Assembly (NCBI GenBank): GCA_017619815.1
Contig: JAFZRR010000062.1
Coordinates: forward strand, 18,963 to 82,962
DNA from: Bacilli bacterium
Lineage (GTDB): Bacteria > Bacillota_I > Bacilli_A > RFN20 > CAG-826
Length of the DNA stretch: 64,000 nt
Direction: 5' to 3'
Shown here: piece by piece, positions 1-8,456 of the stretch
How positions within the stretch are numbered: position 1 is the first letter of the stretch
Layout: each line of letters starts with the position of its first letter
The notes under the pieces: generated by a model
Told to the model about the DNA's origin: nothing
Databases searched by the model: none
The model's input: only the letters and a program-made list of their open reading frames with translations
Translations under genes and position numbers: made by a program

Positions 1-537
1 ATTTATATATCTGTTAAAGTTCATGAGGTTTATTTAATTGAGCTAGATACGTATGAACTAGAACTATTAAATTATCAATATGGTTATTCTTATACAAAAC
101 CAAGTGAACCAATAGAACCGATATGGAAATACTTCCTTTATAATGGTGCGGCCGTCATTGTTGGCTTAATAGTGTGTGGTCTTTTGTTTCGTGCTTATGG
201 CTATGAAAAACAAACCGAACAAAATGTCATTATTTTTGATGACAAAAAAAGACAAATACTTATTTATAAAGATTTCTCATACTGCTCAATTCCTATTAAA
301 TCCATAATCAAAATGGAAAGATTGATTGTTCCGGGTGGAGTCTATACTGGAAAAGTATTTATTCCTACATTACATCCGACAAATAGCATTGTATTCAAAT
401 ACGAAAAAGATGGTAAAAAAAGCACAATCACAAGCGAGCCGGTAAAAGAACCCGATAACGTAATTATTACTATTGAAATGTTAAGAGATTCGATTAAAAA
501 GCAAGATAAAAAAGACGACCAACACCTAAAACAATAA
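1..537 (+). CDS. hypothetical membrane protein, 5'-truncated at the window edge
   Basis: The frame of ORF 172..537 stays open back to nt 1 (IYISVKVHEVYLIELDTYELELLNYQYGYSYTKPSEPIEPIWKYFLYNGAAVIVGLIVCGL...). There is one hydrophobic segment and no recognisable domain. Confidence 0.35.
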   Translation: MYISVKVHEVYLIELDTYELELLNYQYGYSYTKPSEPIEPIWKYFLYNGAAVIVGLIVCGLLFRAYGYEKQTEQNVIIFDDKKRQILIYKDFSYCSIPIKSIIKMERLIVPGGVYTGKVFIPTLHPTNSIVFKYEKDGKKSTITSEPVKEPDNVIITIEMLRDSIKKQDKKDDQHLKQ

Positions 538-612
538 TTTGAAAGATCCAAATCTCTTTGTTGACCCTCTCTTGCTGGCGATCTTTTATATTGTTTTTTA
601 TAATATTTAAGT

Positions 613-1368
613 ATGAAAATAGCAGCAGCAGTATTAAGTTGGATTGGTGGTATTGCCACGATTGGTGTTTTATGGGGGAACTGTGTTCAACTTATCATTT
701 ATGATACGGTTTGGCTAATACTCCCATTGTTATTTACATTAGCTACTATAGGCACTCTTATATATAGACAATGGGCCACTAATCATGGCACCAAAGTTTT
801 AGCGGGTATTCTTACTATTATCTTCTGCGGTTTATTAGGAGGTATCTTTACTCTTTGTATTCCTGAAGAAGATTTAGGTGGATATACATATCAACCAAAG
901 AAGAACTCATATTTATCAAATCCAAGACCAACTAGTGGCACAACAGTTCGTAGAGTGGAACAAGTTGGTATTAAACCCACGAGTGATAACCCAGTCAGAG
1001 TGGGAGATAAGATTGAAATCATTAATGGTTTCTTTGTTAATAGCATTGGTAAAAGAGTGAATACTGGAACACTCACCAAAGCGGAATCAGTTCAAGGTGA
1101 TAAAGTATCATTCTTTGTGAGTGATGGTATATCAACATTCTCCGCAACTACAGATATGAGTAATATTCTTATTAAAGAAAGAACACCAATTCCAGTGGAA
1201 GAGAAAAAAGAAGTAAAAGCTACTCCAAAAACTGAAGAAAAACCAAAAGTGGAATCCACTAAACAAATAGATAAATTTGAAGAAATTAAAAAGTATAAAG
1301 AACTTCTTGATTTAGATATCATCACCAAAGAAGAATTCGAAGCCAAGAAGAAAGAATTAGGTATTTAA
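613..1368 (+). CDS. membrane protein with a C-terminal SHOCT domain
   Basis: The N-terminus has 3 TM helices. The C-terminus 'YKELLDLDIITKEEFEAKKKELGI' matches the SHOCT short C-terminal motif, and a KE-rich linker precedes it. Confidence 0.55.
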   Translation: MKIAAAVLSWIGGIATIGVLWGNCVQLIIYDTVWLILPLLFTLATIGTLIYRQWATNHGTKVLAGILTIIFCGLLGGIFTLCIPEEDLGGYTYQPKKNSYLSNPRPTSGTTVRRVEQVGIKPTSDNPVRVGDKIEIINGFFVNSIGKRVNTGTLTKAESVQGDKVSFFVSDGISTFSATTDMSNILIKERTPIPVEEKKEVKATPKTEEKPKVESTKQIDKFEEIKKYKELLDLDIITKEEFEAKKKELGI

Positions 1369-1370
1369 AA

Positions 1371-1510
1371 GAGAATGGGGAATAGCTTTGTCTATTCCCA
1401 CCCTCAGGAACCCCTAACATTGATTTCACCATCCGAGTACGCTAATATTAAATTGTGGTTAGGAGGAAGTTGCACTAGCGTTAATGCAGCTCCCCCTTTT
1501 TATTTTTATT
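1371..1510 (+). ncRNA. structured sRNA-like repeat element, copy A (5' hairpin, conserved ACCCUCAGGAACCC linker, intrinsic terminator)
   Basis: It starts just after the stop of the 613..1368 gene: GAGAAUGGGGAAUAG-loop-CUAUUCCCC hairpin, then ACCCUCAGGAACCCC, ending in a hairpin plus CCCCCUUUUUAUUUUUAUU. About 80% of the conserved blocks are shared with copy B at 38448..38586 on the - strand, with compensatory changes in the 5' hairpin. Confidence 0.35.
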
Positions 1511-1718
1511 AATTTTTTCTCAATAATAGTTTTACCTTTCTTCTTGTTTCTAAAAATATGAGACTCATATATGTTTCTATAAGATATATATTTCATAAAT
1601 ACGGAAAGATAAATGATGTGAATAGATATATAAATGCCTAAAAATAATAAAAATATATATTAACGGCAATAAAGTATTTATAATTATTTATGCAAAGAGA
1701 TAGGAGAATTAACTATAT

Positions 1719-3206
1719 ATGAAATATCTATCTATAAGTGAAGCGGCAAAAAAGTTTAATTTATCGGAAAGAAGTGTTCGTAATTACTGTGCGAACGGAA
1801 GAATTCCAGGAGCGGTAATGCAAGGAAAGAGCTGGTTAATACCGGAAGATGCTTCTAAACCGGAAAGAAGTAACGGCAAAAATGAAGAATTAGATAACTT
1901 AGTAGTGGAACTCGGCTACGAATTGGTGAATTTTATTAATAAGAGTCCTGTCTCATTTTTCGCTATTAATAATGTAAAAGAACTCTTATTGAGTAATGGT
2001 TATAAAGAATTAAAAGAAAATAAATCATTTGATATATCTAAAGGTGATAAGGTTTTCTTTGTTAGAAACGGTTCTTCAATTGTCGCATTAGATATTGGTG
2101 AAGATATTTCAAAAGATAACTTTGCTTATCACATCATTGCCTCTCATAGTGATTCTCCATGTTTTAAGATCAAACCAGAATGCGATAGCAAGAGTGATAT
2201 CTATAATCGCATTAATGTAGAAGTATATGGAGGACTTATCGCTTCTACTTGGTTAGATAGACCTTTATCTATCGCGGGACGTGTCGTTATTAAAAATGAA
2301 AACGGATTAGAATCTCGTTTAGTGAATTTAAGTAATCACAAGGTGATGATTCCTAACTTATGTATCCATTTCAATAGAGATATTAATAATGGTTATAAAT
2401 ATGATCCATCAGTGGACTTACAAGCTTTCTTGTCTCAAGAATTATCTGGTAAACCACTTAAGACATTATTAAAACAATCTCTTAATGTAAAAGAAGAAGA
2501 TATCGTTAATTTTGATTTATATCTATATAACCAAGAACAAGGATATCTCTGGGGTAATAAGAAAGAATATATCTCTTCTTCTAGACTTGATGACTTAGAA
2601 TGTGTCTTTACTTCTTCTAAAGCTTTAGTGAAATCACATAATAAGACCGCGATTAATGTCTTATATGTTTCTGATAATGAAGAAGTGGGTTCATCTTCCC
2701 GTCAAGGTGCGGATAGTGACTTCTTAGAAAGAATCCTTACACAAGTATCTAATAAATTAGGTATTGAACATAGTGTTGCAGTGGCGAATTCCTTCCTTGT
2801 CAGCGCGGATAACGCACACGCAGTGCATCCAAACAAACCAGGTATCTCTGATCCAAACAATAGACCATATATGAATAAAGGTGTGGCAATTAAATATAAC
2901 GCCGCTCAATCATATACAAGTGATGCCATCAGTGGAGCAATATTCCAAAAGCTTTGTGATAACGCGAATGTACCATATCAATTCTTTACCAATAGAAGTG
3001 ATTTAAGAGGTGGATCTACCTTAGGTAATATTCTTTTAAGTCACATCTCCTTATTAAGCGTAGATATGGGATTACCACAGTTAGCGATGCATTCTTCTTT
3101 TGAAACCGCAGGAACAAAAGATATTAAATATGCGATAGATGTCTTTAAAGAATTCTATTCTTCTAATATCGAAATTGACGGTAATAATTACAAGATTAAC
3201 AAATAG
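1719..3206 (+). CDS. M18-family aminopeptidase with an N-terminal MerR/excisionase-like HTH
   Basis: The RBS TAGGAG is present. The N-terminus 'MKYLSISEAAKKFNLSERSVRNYCANGRIPGA' is a helix-turn-helix. The body has M18 hallmarks 'HIIASHSDSPCFKIKPE', 'SSSRLDDLECV' and 'SADNAHAVHPN' (aspartyl/aminopeptidase I family). A terminator follows at 3244..3266. Confidence 0.75.
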   Translation: MKYLSISEAAKKFNLSERSVRNYCANGRIPGAVMQGKSWLIPEDASKPERSNGKNEELDNLVVELGYELVNFINKSPVSFFAINNVKELLLSNGYKELKENKSFDISKGDKVFFVRNGSSIVALDIGEDISKDNFAYHIIASHSDSPCFKIKPECDSKSDIYNRINVEVYGGLIASTWLDRPLSIAGRVVIKNENGLESRLVNLSNHKVMIPNLCIHFNRDINNGYKYDPSVDLQAFLSQELSGKPLKTLLKQSLNVKEEDIVNFDLYLYNQEQGYLWGNKKEYISSSRLDDLECVFTSSKALVKSHNKTAINVLYVSDNEEVGSSSRQGADSDFLERILTQVSNKLGIEHSVAVANSFLVSADNAHAVHPNKPGISDPNNRPYMNKGVAIKYNAAQSYTSDAISGAIFQKLCDNANVPYQFFTNRSDLRGGSTLGNILLSHISLLSVDMGLPQLAMHSSFETAGTKDIKYAIDVFKEFYSSNIEIDGNNYKINK

Positions 3207-3314
3207 AAAAAGGATGATAGATTTTCTATTTCGAATAGGAAAGCCACAGCGATGTGGTTTTCTTTTAGAATTATTTTTCTATTTCATAATTTAATTTAGA
3301 TAATTAAAATATAT

Positions 3315-4466
3315 TTGACGCTTATGGCAAGAAGTACTATTAAAGAATACTTTCTATATGGTGGTGTCACCAAAGAAGAATATGACTCCATCCGTCCTTT
3401 GATTCAGGAAGAAAATCACCGTGTTTGGCGACTAGTATCTATTCTTTTTGAATTTGTCTTTATTGGCTTATTCATTTTTGCTGTCGTCGCAGAAATCAAT
3501 TACACTTGGACAATTGGTTATGGCATTCTTGCTGGTAGTATGGTTTTCTCCGTCCTTGCTTTCTTCGTTTTATTAAAACCACAATCCAAAGCATTATTAC
3601 CATTTATTTATGTTTCTTTAGCAATTTTATTAGGCGCATGTATATATATCGGTGTCTTCGCTGAACCCCATAGACCTTCGATTGTTGTTCCAGCAATTAT
3701 TATCGGTGTCACATTCTTAACGCTTGATAGGCCTATTAGATTTATCATTATGCAAATTGTTACTTTAGCGGCATTCATCACTTTGGTTTGTATTTTTAAA
3801 CAAAATCAACCAGAAGGGACCACTATGATAGGTGGAATCAATTCAGTTCTTTTAACTGATGTGATGTGTAGTGGTGTCTTTACCGCAGCGGGTGTCTTAA
3901 TTTCCTTATTCTTATCATCCATACGTATGAGAGATTTGGTTATGAGAAAGAATGCCGAACAAGAAAGAGATAGAGATGCTTTAACAAATGTTGCCAACAA
4001 ATTAGCGTATGATCGTAAAGTGGATTATATCAACGGCAAATTAGGAGATAGTAACTTTAAGTTCGCTGTCGCCATCTTTGACGTCAATGGTTTAAAACAA
4101 ACTAACGATACATATGGTCATGATCAAGGTGACAAATTACTTGTTAGATGTTGTGAATTAATACAAAGTTCATTCCCAAATACCCCTATCTATCGTATCG
4201 GTGGTGACGAATTCGCTGCGATCATTCTTGGAGAAGATTACACAAATAGAGAAAAACTCATTCGTGAATTCCATGAAAGAATTGAACATTCTCACGAAGA
4301 AGCGGAATCTTTGTTAGAAGATACAAGTATTGCGATAGGTGTAGCTATCTATAATCCAAAAAGAGATAGAGACTATTTATCAGTCTTCTCTCGCGCAGAT
4401 GCGGAGATGTACGATAATAAGAGAGTGACAAAAGCGAGAAACGCTTTCTTACAAGAGAATCAATAG
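3315..4466 (+). CDS. membrane-anchored diguanylate cyclase (GGDEF domain)
   Basis: There are 5-6 N-terminal TM helices. The C-terminal domain carries 'AIFDVNGLKQTNDTYGHDQGDKLL...RIGGDEFAAI', an intact GGDEF active-site motif. The track start is TTG at 3315, and an in-frame ATG at 3324 is an alternative. A terminator follows at 4470..4494. Confidence 0.8.
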   Translation: MTLMARSTIKEYFLYGGVTKEEYDSIRPLIQEENHRVWRLVSILFEFVFIGLFIFAVVAEINYTWTIGYGILAGSMVFSVLAFFVLLKPQSKALLPFIYVSLAILLGACIYIGVFAEPHRPSIVVPAIIIGVTFLTLDRPIRFIIMQIVTLAAFITLVCIFKQNQPEGTTMIGGINSVLLTDVMCSGVFTAAGVLISLFLSSIRMRDLVMRKNAEQERDRDALTNVANKLAYDRKVDYINGKLGDSNFKFAVAIFDVNGLKQTNDTYGHDQGDKLLVRCCELIQSSFPNTPIYRIGGDEFAAIILGEDYTNREKLIREFHERIEHSHEEAESLLEDTSIAIGVAIYNPKRDRDYLSVFSRADAEMYDNKRVTKARNAFLQENQ

Positions 4467-4565
4467 AAGACCATAGAAATATGGTTTTCTTTTTATATAA
4501 ATAGAAGTACTTAATTGATATAATATTTAAGTCCTTTTGAAGATTGGAAACTTAAGGAGAAATAT

Positions 4566-5036
4566 ATGAAAACATTAATAATGTTAAGTGCCGTCCCGGC
4601 TGCAGGGAAAACCACTTGGGCAAAGAAGTATCAAGAAGAACATAATAATGTCTATATCATCAATAGTGATGAAGTTAGATTAGAAATAACACACGGTGAT
4701 TATCAAGATCATTCCCATCAAAAAGAAGTTTGGGAACTTTTTGAAAAACGCATACACGAGTACGCGAATATAGGGGATGATGTCACAGTCATATTAGATG
4801 CGCTTAACGATGTTAATGAAGTGAGACTCAAATATTTGAGTACCACTCCTGAATATGATAGAAAGGTACTTGTCTTATTCCCCACATCACTAAATAAATC
4901 ATTAGAATATAACTCTATGCGTGTATGGCCAAATAAAGTACCAGATGACATCTTAGTGGCCTTAAATAATAAATTTGAAGAACCATCTAAAGAAGTACTC
5001 GCTCTTGTAGATGAAGTGATAACAGTAAAATGGTAG
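4566..5036 (+). CDS. P-loop NTPase / AAA_33-like predicted kinase
   Basis: RBS AAGGAGAAAT precedes the start. Walker A is 'SAVPAAGKTTWAKKY', and the protein is small, 156 aa. Confidence 0.5.
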   Translation: MKTLIMLSAVPAAGKTTWAKKYQEEHNNVYIINSDEVRLEITHGDYQDHSHQKEVWELFEKRIHEYANIGDDVTVILDALNDVNEVRLKYLSTTPEYDRKVLVLFPTSLNKSLEYNSMRVWPNKVPDDILVALNNKFEEPSKEVLALVDEVITVKW

Positions 5037-5701
5037 TTAAATCATATAAAAAAGATAATTCTATAAGAAAAGATATAGAACCATTGTTTATATCTGCTTT
5101 TCCAAGAGATGAAAGACCAGAAGCAGATTATTACTTCTCTTCTTTTGATAATGAATATAAAGAACTATATGGTTTTTATGATAAACATGAATTCATAGGC
5201 TTTTCTTCAGTTATTATCTATAAGGATATCTGTTACATATTCTTTCTCGCCGTGGAAGAAGAGAATAGAAACAAAGGATATGGCACTAAAATACTTAATG
5301 AATTAAAGAAGAAATATGACAAATATACATTACTTCTTTGTTATGAATATCCTGATTCATCTTATATAGATAATTTAATAAGAAAGAAAAGAGAACAATT
5401 CTATATCAAGAATGGCTTTAAAAAGAATCCATTAGTGACAAATGAATTTGGTGTTATCTTTCAAACCGCGGTTATTGGTAAAAAGAAAGTCACATTTAAC
5501 GAATATCAAGAAATATTTAAGACTGGTTTTGGTGAATGGTCATTAAAACACTTAAAAGAAGTAGGTGTGAATACCGCAAAATGCGAGTACTGCATGAGCG
5601 AGTTCAAATATTTAGAAACCGATGTTGATCATCGTCCTTGGATTAAAGGTGGTTTTGTCACCTGTCCAACATGCGGGAAACAGATTAAACTCAATCAGTA
5701 G
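5030..5701 (+). CDS. GNAT family N-acetyltransferase with a C-terminal zinc-ribbon (CxxC...CxxC)
   Basis: The acetyl-CoA motif 'EENRNKGYGTKILNEL' is present. The C-terminus is 'CEYCMSEF...CPTCGKQ'. It overlaps the upstream gene by 7 nt. Confidence 0.55.
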   Translation: MVVKSYKKDNSIRKDIEPLFISAFPRDERPEADYYFSSFDNEYKELYGFYDKHEFIGFSSVIIYKDICYIFFLAVEEENRNKGYGTKILNELKKKYDKYTLLLCYEYPDSSYIDNLIRKKREQFYIKNGFKKNPLVTNEFGVIFQTAVIGKKKVTFNEYQEIFKTGFGEWSLKHLKEVGVNTAKCEYCMSEFKYLETDVDHRPWIKGGFVTCPTCGKQIKLNQ

Positions 5702-5916
5702 TGGGCTAATCCCACTTTTTATTTATTTTAATAAATAGTCAAAAAGTTCTTCACATATATACGCATTTCAGTATATATTATTTGTGCATGAGAATTAGGG
5801 TAGAAAGTCCCATTCTTAACTAGTTCGAAGCACATAACTATCATCCCATTCAATGAAATAGATATTCGTTGGATGATTTTGTCGTTTATACGATTATTCG
5901 AAAGGAAAATTTATTT

Positions 5917-6762
5917 ATGAAAAAGACAAAAATTTTAGTACCAGCAATGGCGATCTTAGCATTAGGTATGGCCGGTGCTGTTACAGGTACCGTCGCTTGG
6001 TACTCCAGCACAAACGTTGTTTATGCTAAAGGCTTAACAATCAAATCAACAACCGCATCCTCATTACAAATTTCATTAGAACAAAACACAGGTTATGGCA
6101 CAGTTGTTGATCACTCTGGCACAACAGGTGATGCAGCCTATATGACAGCTGCAGTTGATCCAGCTTATTGTTTAGATGCGCCAGGCACACTTACAGCTGC
6201 TCCAGAATTTGTTTACTTAGACAAAATGAAAGTTGACAATCCAGGTAGTGGTACGGGCGAAGACAAATGGTATGTTGACGCTGCAGGTAAAGTACGTGTA
6301 TTCGCAGATAATACTTTAGTTGCCCCAGCTCATGCTGTCGCAAGCGGTGAAAACGCAAACCCATGGGTTGATGATGATCCAGAAGAAGGTACTGGTCGTT
6401 ATACAAACGTTAAATCTGACTCCGATTGGCTCAAATTAGACTCCACAGAAGAAAATCCTTCTAAAACAGTTACAGTCAAAGTCCACTTCTCTAGAGGTGC
6501 TGAACCAAAATTAATTGATAGAGCAATGTCATTCGGTTTCTACAATGTCAATACAAAGAAATGGGAAGTTGAAAAACCATTCACAGGTGATAATGTTTCC
6601 GCAACTAGTGTTGATGTTACATTCACACCCGTTACAGTTACAAAAACACCATCTGAATATATCTTCTATATGTGGTATGATGGTGAAGATGATGTCACAA
6701 TCAACGCCAACGCTATTGTTAACCCAATCGCTGCCGACATCACATACAGAATTTCTGACTAA
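5917..6762 (+). CDS. secreted protein with a SipW-cognate (TasA/camelysin-type) signal peptide
   Basis: The start was moved to ATG 5917, which has RBS AAAGGAAA; the track ORF begins at 5869. The N-terminus 'MKKTKILVPAMAILALGMAGAVTGTVAWYSS' resembles the TasA 'GGGTWAAFND' / camelysin 'GGTFAYFSD' class. A strong terminator follows at 6781..6806. Confidence 0.6.
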   Translation: MKKTKILVPAMAILALGMAGAVTGTVAWYSSTNVVYAKGLTIKSTTASSLQISLEQNTGYGTVVDHSGTTGDAAYMTAAVDPAYCLDAPGTLTAAPEFVYLDKMKVDNPGSGTGEDKWYVDAAGKVRVFADNTLVAPAHAVASGENANPWVDDDPEEGTGRYTNVKSDSDWLKLDSTEENPSKTVTVKVHFSRGAEPKLIDRAMSFGFYNVNTKKWEVEKPFTGDNVSATSVDVTFTPVTVTKTPSEYIFYMWYDGEDDVTINANAIVNPIAADITYRISD

Positions 6763-6780
6763 TTAATTAGCGTAATTAAA

Positions 6781-6806
6781 CTCCCGTTTCGGCGGGAGTT
6801 TTTTTA
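6781..6806 (+). terminator. rho-independent terminator
   Basis: The perfect hairpin CTCCCG-TTTCGG-CGGGAG is followed by TTTTTTT. Confidence 0.8.
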
Positions 6807-6976
6807 TGGATTTAGTAAAATAATTTGCTATACTAAACAAAGATTACAATGCACATTAGTAAGTAGAGTGCTTTGCACTCGATGATTTCAGATTATGACG
6901 CATAACCCACAAAACAAACAAAATAGTTTGATTATTTTCAATAAATGTTTATGATTTAATTAAGTGGGAATGAATT

Positions 6977-7369
6977 ATGAATAAAACCGCAAAAAAAATT
7001 CTAGTATTCACAGGGTTAGGACTTGATGTTGCTCTAACACTTTTCTTATTTGTCGTTGCTATTATTATGATTGCAACTATGCCAAAAGATTCTTTAGCTA
7101 TGGATCATGCGATTGAAACAAATGGCAAATTCATTGGTTATTTACAACAACATTCGACTTTGTACTTATTAACTTGTGTGCTTCCATTATTTGTTTTACT
7201 AGCTGGAAATATTGCTATTTTGATTCTTTATGTTCGTAAAATTAATAAAAAGAAAGAAGCTGCTATTGATGATCTTAATGAAGAACAAAAAGCCGCTCTC
7301 CGTGCAGAATTATTAAAAGAGCTTCAAAGCGAAGCAAAAGAATCTGAAGAAGATAAAAAGTCTGAATAA
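6977..7369 (+). CDS. small membrane protein with a KE-rich C-terminal tail
   Basis: There are two TM helices and a charged coiled-coil tail. A terminator-like hairpin follows at 7401..7431. Confidence 0.5.
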   Translation: MNKTAKKILVFTGLGLDVALTLFLFVVAIIMIATMPKDSLAMDHAIETNGKFIGYLQQHSTLYLLTCVLPLFVLLAGNIAILILYVRKINKKKEAAIDDLNEEQKAALRAELLKELQSEAKESEEDKKSE

Positions 7370-7451
7370 TCAAATAATATCAAACTATAAAAATCAAAAT
7401 AGCGCCGTTAAATCGGTGCTTTTTGTTTCCTTATTATAAATAAAATTAATG

Positions 7452-7481
7452 TTGACAAGATAAATATGATTCCTATATATT
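7452..7481 (+). promoter_or_regulatory. sigma-A-like promoter driving riboswitch 1
   Basis: TTGACA is at 7452-7457, and a 17-18 nt spacer leads to TATATT at about 7476-7481. The aptamer begins about 14 nt downstream. Confidence 0.45.
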
Positions 7482-7492
7482 TGATTATGTAA

Positions 7493-7572
7493 AAAGCAAA
7501 ACAGTAGTGATACTGTGACGCAAAACTATAGGGTCTTAATAAATAAGGGGTAAGACAGCCAGTTGCCTTGTG
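7493..7572 (+). promoter_or_regulatory. c-di-GMP-I (GEMM-I) riboswitch aptamer 1
   Basis: AGCAAAAC-[CAGUA-GUGA-UACUG]-UGACGCAAAACUAUAGGGUCUUA...UAAGACAGCCAGUUGCC. The P2 hairpin has a GNRA (GUGA) tetraloop. The hallmark 'GACGCAAA(A/G)CUAUAGGGUC' is present. The P3 stem is GUCUUA/UAAGAC, and P1 pairs GCAA with UUGC. All of this matches the GEMM-I consensus as in Vc2 ('GGGCAAACC...GGACGCAAAGCC...'). Confidence 0.8.
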
Positions 7573-7620
7573 GATAGAAACAAAACCACTGTTATGATGA
7601 TAGGCAATGGCTTTTTGTTT
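7560..7620 (+). terminator. riboswitch 1 expression-platform terminator
   Basis: The 5' arm CAGUUGCCU is the P1 3' strand. It can pair with AGGCAAUGG at about 7601-7609, which is followed by CUUUUUGUUUU. This is mutually exclusive with P1, which implies an ON switch. Confidence 0.5.
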
Positions 7621-7676
7621 TAGTCCTTGGGACACATATTAATAAAAGACAAGCACTATTAAATTCAATTTTCAAT

Positions 7677-8456
7677 ATGGTCGATCTTAAATACATACGC
7701 AAACGTAAGACAAGACGAATCATAGCGGCGGTTGGAACTTCTTGTGCTGCAACAGCGATTATTATGATGGCTATTGCATTATTAGGTCAGAGGGCCGCTC
7801 CTTTAACTGTTACTTTGTCTAACAGTGGGGCGCAGCTTGCTTTATCTCAACATGCAGAGGAAGATTCTAATGCTGTTTATTTGGTAGCAGATTCAGTTCC
7901 GAGATATGATGAGTTCTGTGAAGAACAACTCATTTTAGCCAACAATGAATTGGAAATAGATGACGAAAATACTTATTCTCATTTAACTCCAAATGAACAG
8001 TCTACACTTTTCTTTAAGTATACATTCTATGTTACTAACAAAGGAAAGAGCGCAGCTAACTATGATTTGACTTTGTCAATGTCTCAACCAACCAAAGACG
8101 CGACGAATCGATACGATCTCGATTCTGTTTTGCGTGTGCGCTTCTACGAAAATAAAAATTTAGATGAGCACAACTACGTTACGTACGCGAAGAAAAGTTC
8201 CGAACCACACAAAGATGAAAACGGTAATCTTTCTTGGAAAGAAAAAGTTTCCGCTTTAGATGAAAGTGGATATGCAGAAGAATTCGTAAATTCTAGAACA
8301 ATTCTTACTTCCGCGGTTACTGGTTTAAAACCACAAGAAAAGATTAGATATACATTTGTATTTTGGATTGAGGGCGATGATCCACAATGCATGGATGAAG
8401 CCCCTGTTAATAGTGCACTTATCCTTGGAGTCGAAATAAGTGCGCACGAATCGTAA
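7677..8456 (+). CDS. secreted or membrane-anchored protein, first gene of the riboswitch-1 operon
   Basis: The N-terminal signal-anchor is 'RRIIAAVGTSCAATAIIMMAIALLG'. No known domain was recognised. The start lies 57 nt after the riboswitch terminator. Confidence 0.55.
   Translation: MVDLKYIRKRKTRRIIAAVGTSCAATAIIMMAIALLGQRAAPLTVTLSNSGAQLALSQHAEEDSNAVYLVADSVPRYDEFCEEQLILANNELEIDDENTYSHLTPNEQSTLFFKYTFYVTNKGKSAANYDLTLSMSQPTKDATNRYDLDSVLRVRFYENKNLDEHNYVTYAKKSSEPHKDENGNLSWKEKVSALDESGYAEEFVNSRTILTSAVTGLKPQEKIRYTFVFWIEGDDPQCMDEAPVNSALILGVEISAHES

Noticed and set aside
6866-6880. The perfect inverted repeat GAGTGC-TTT-GCACTC in the 6977 gene leader
   Set aside because: It is short, single-copy and has no T-run. 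It could be an operator but there is no supporting context. Noted only.
7408-7635. A 75-aa ORF on the - strand
   Set aside because: It lies entirely over the riboswitch-1 aptamer, terminator and promoter, and has no RBS. It is an artefact of the structured AT-rich leader.
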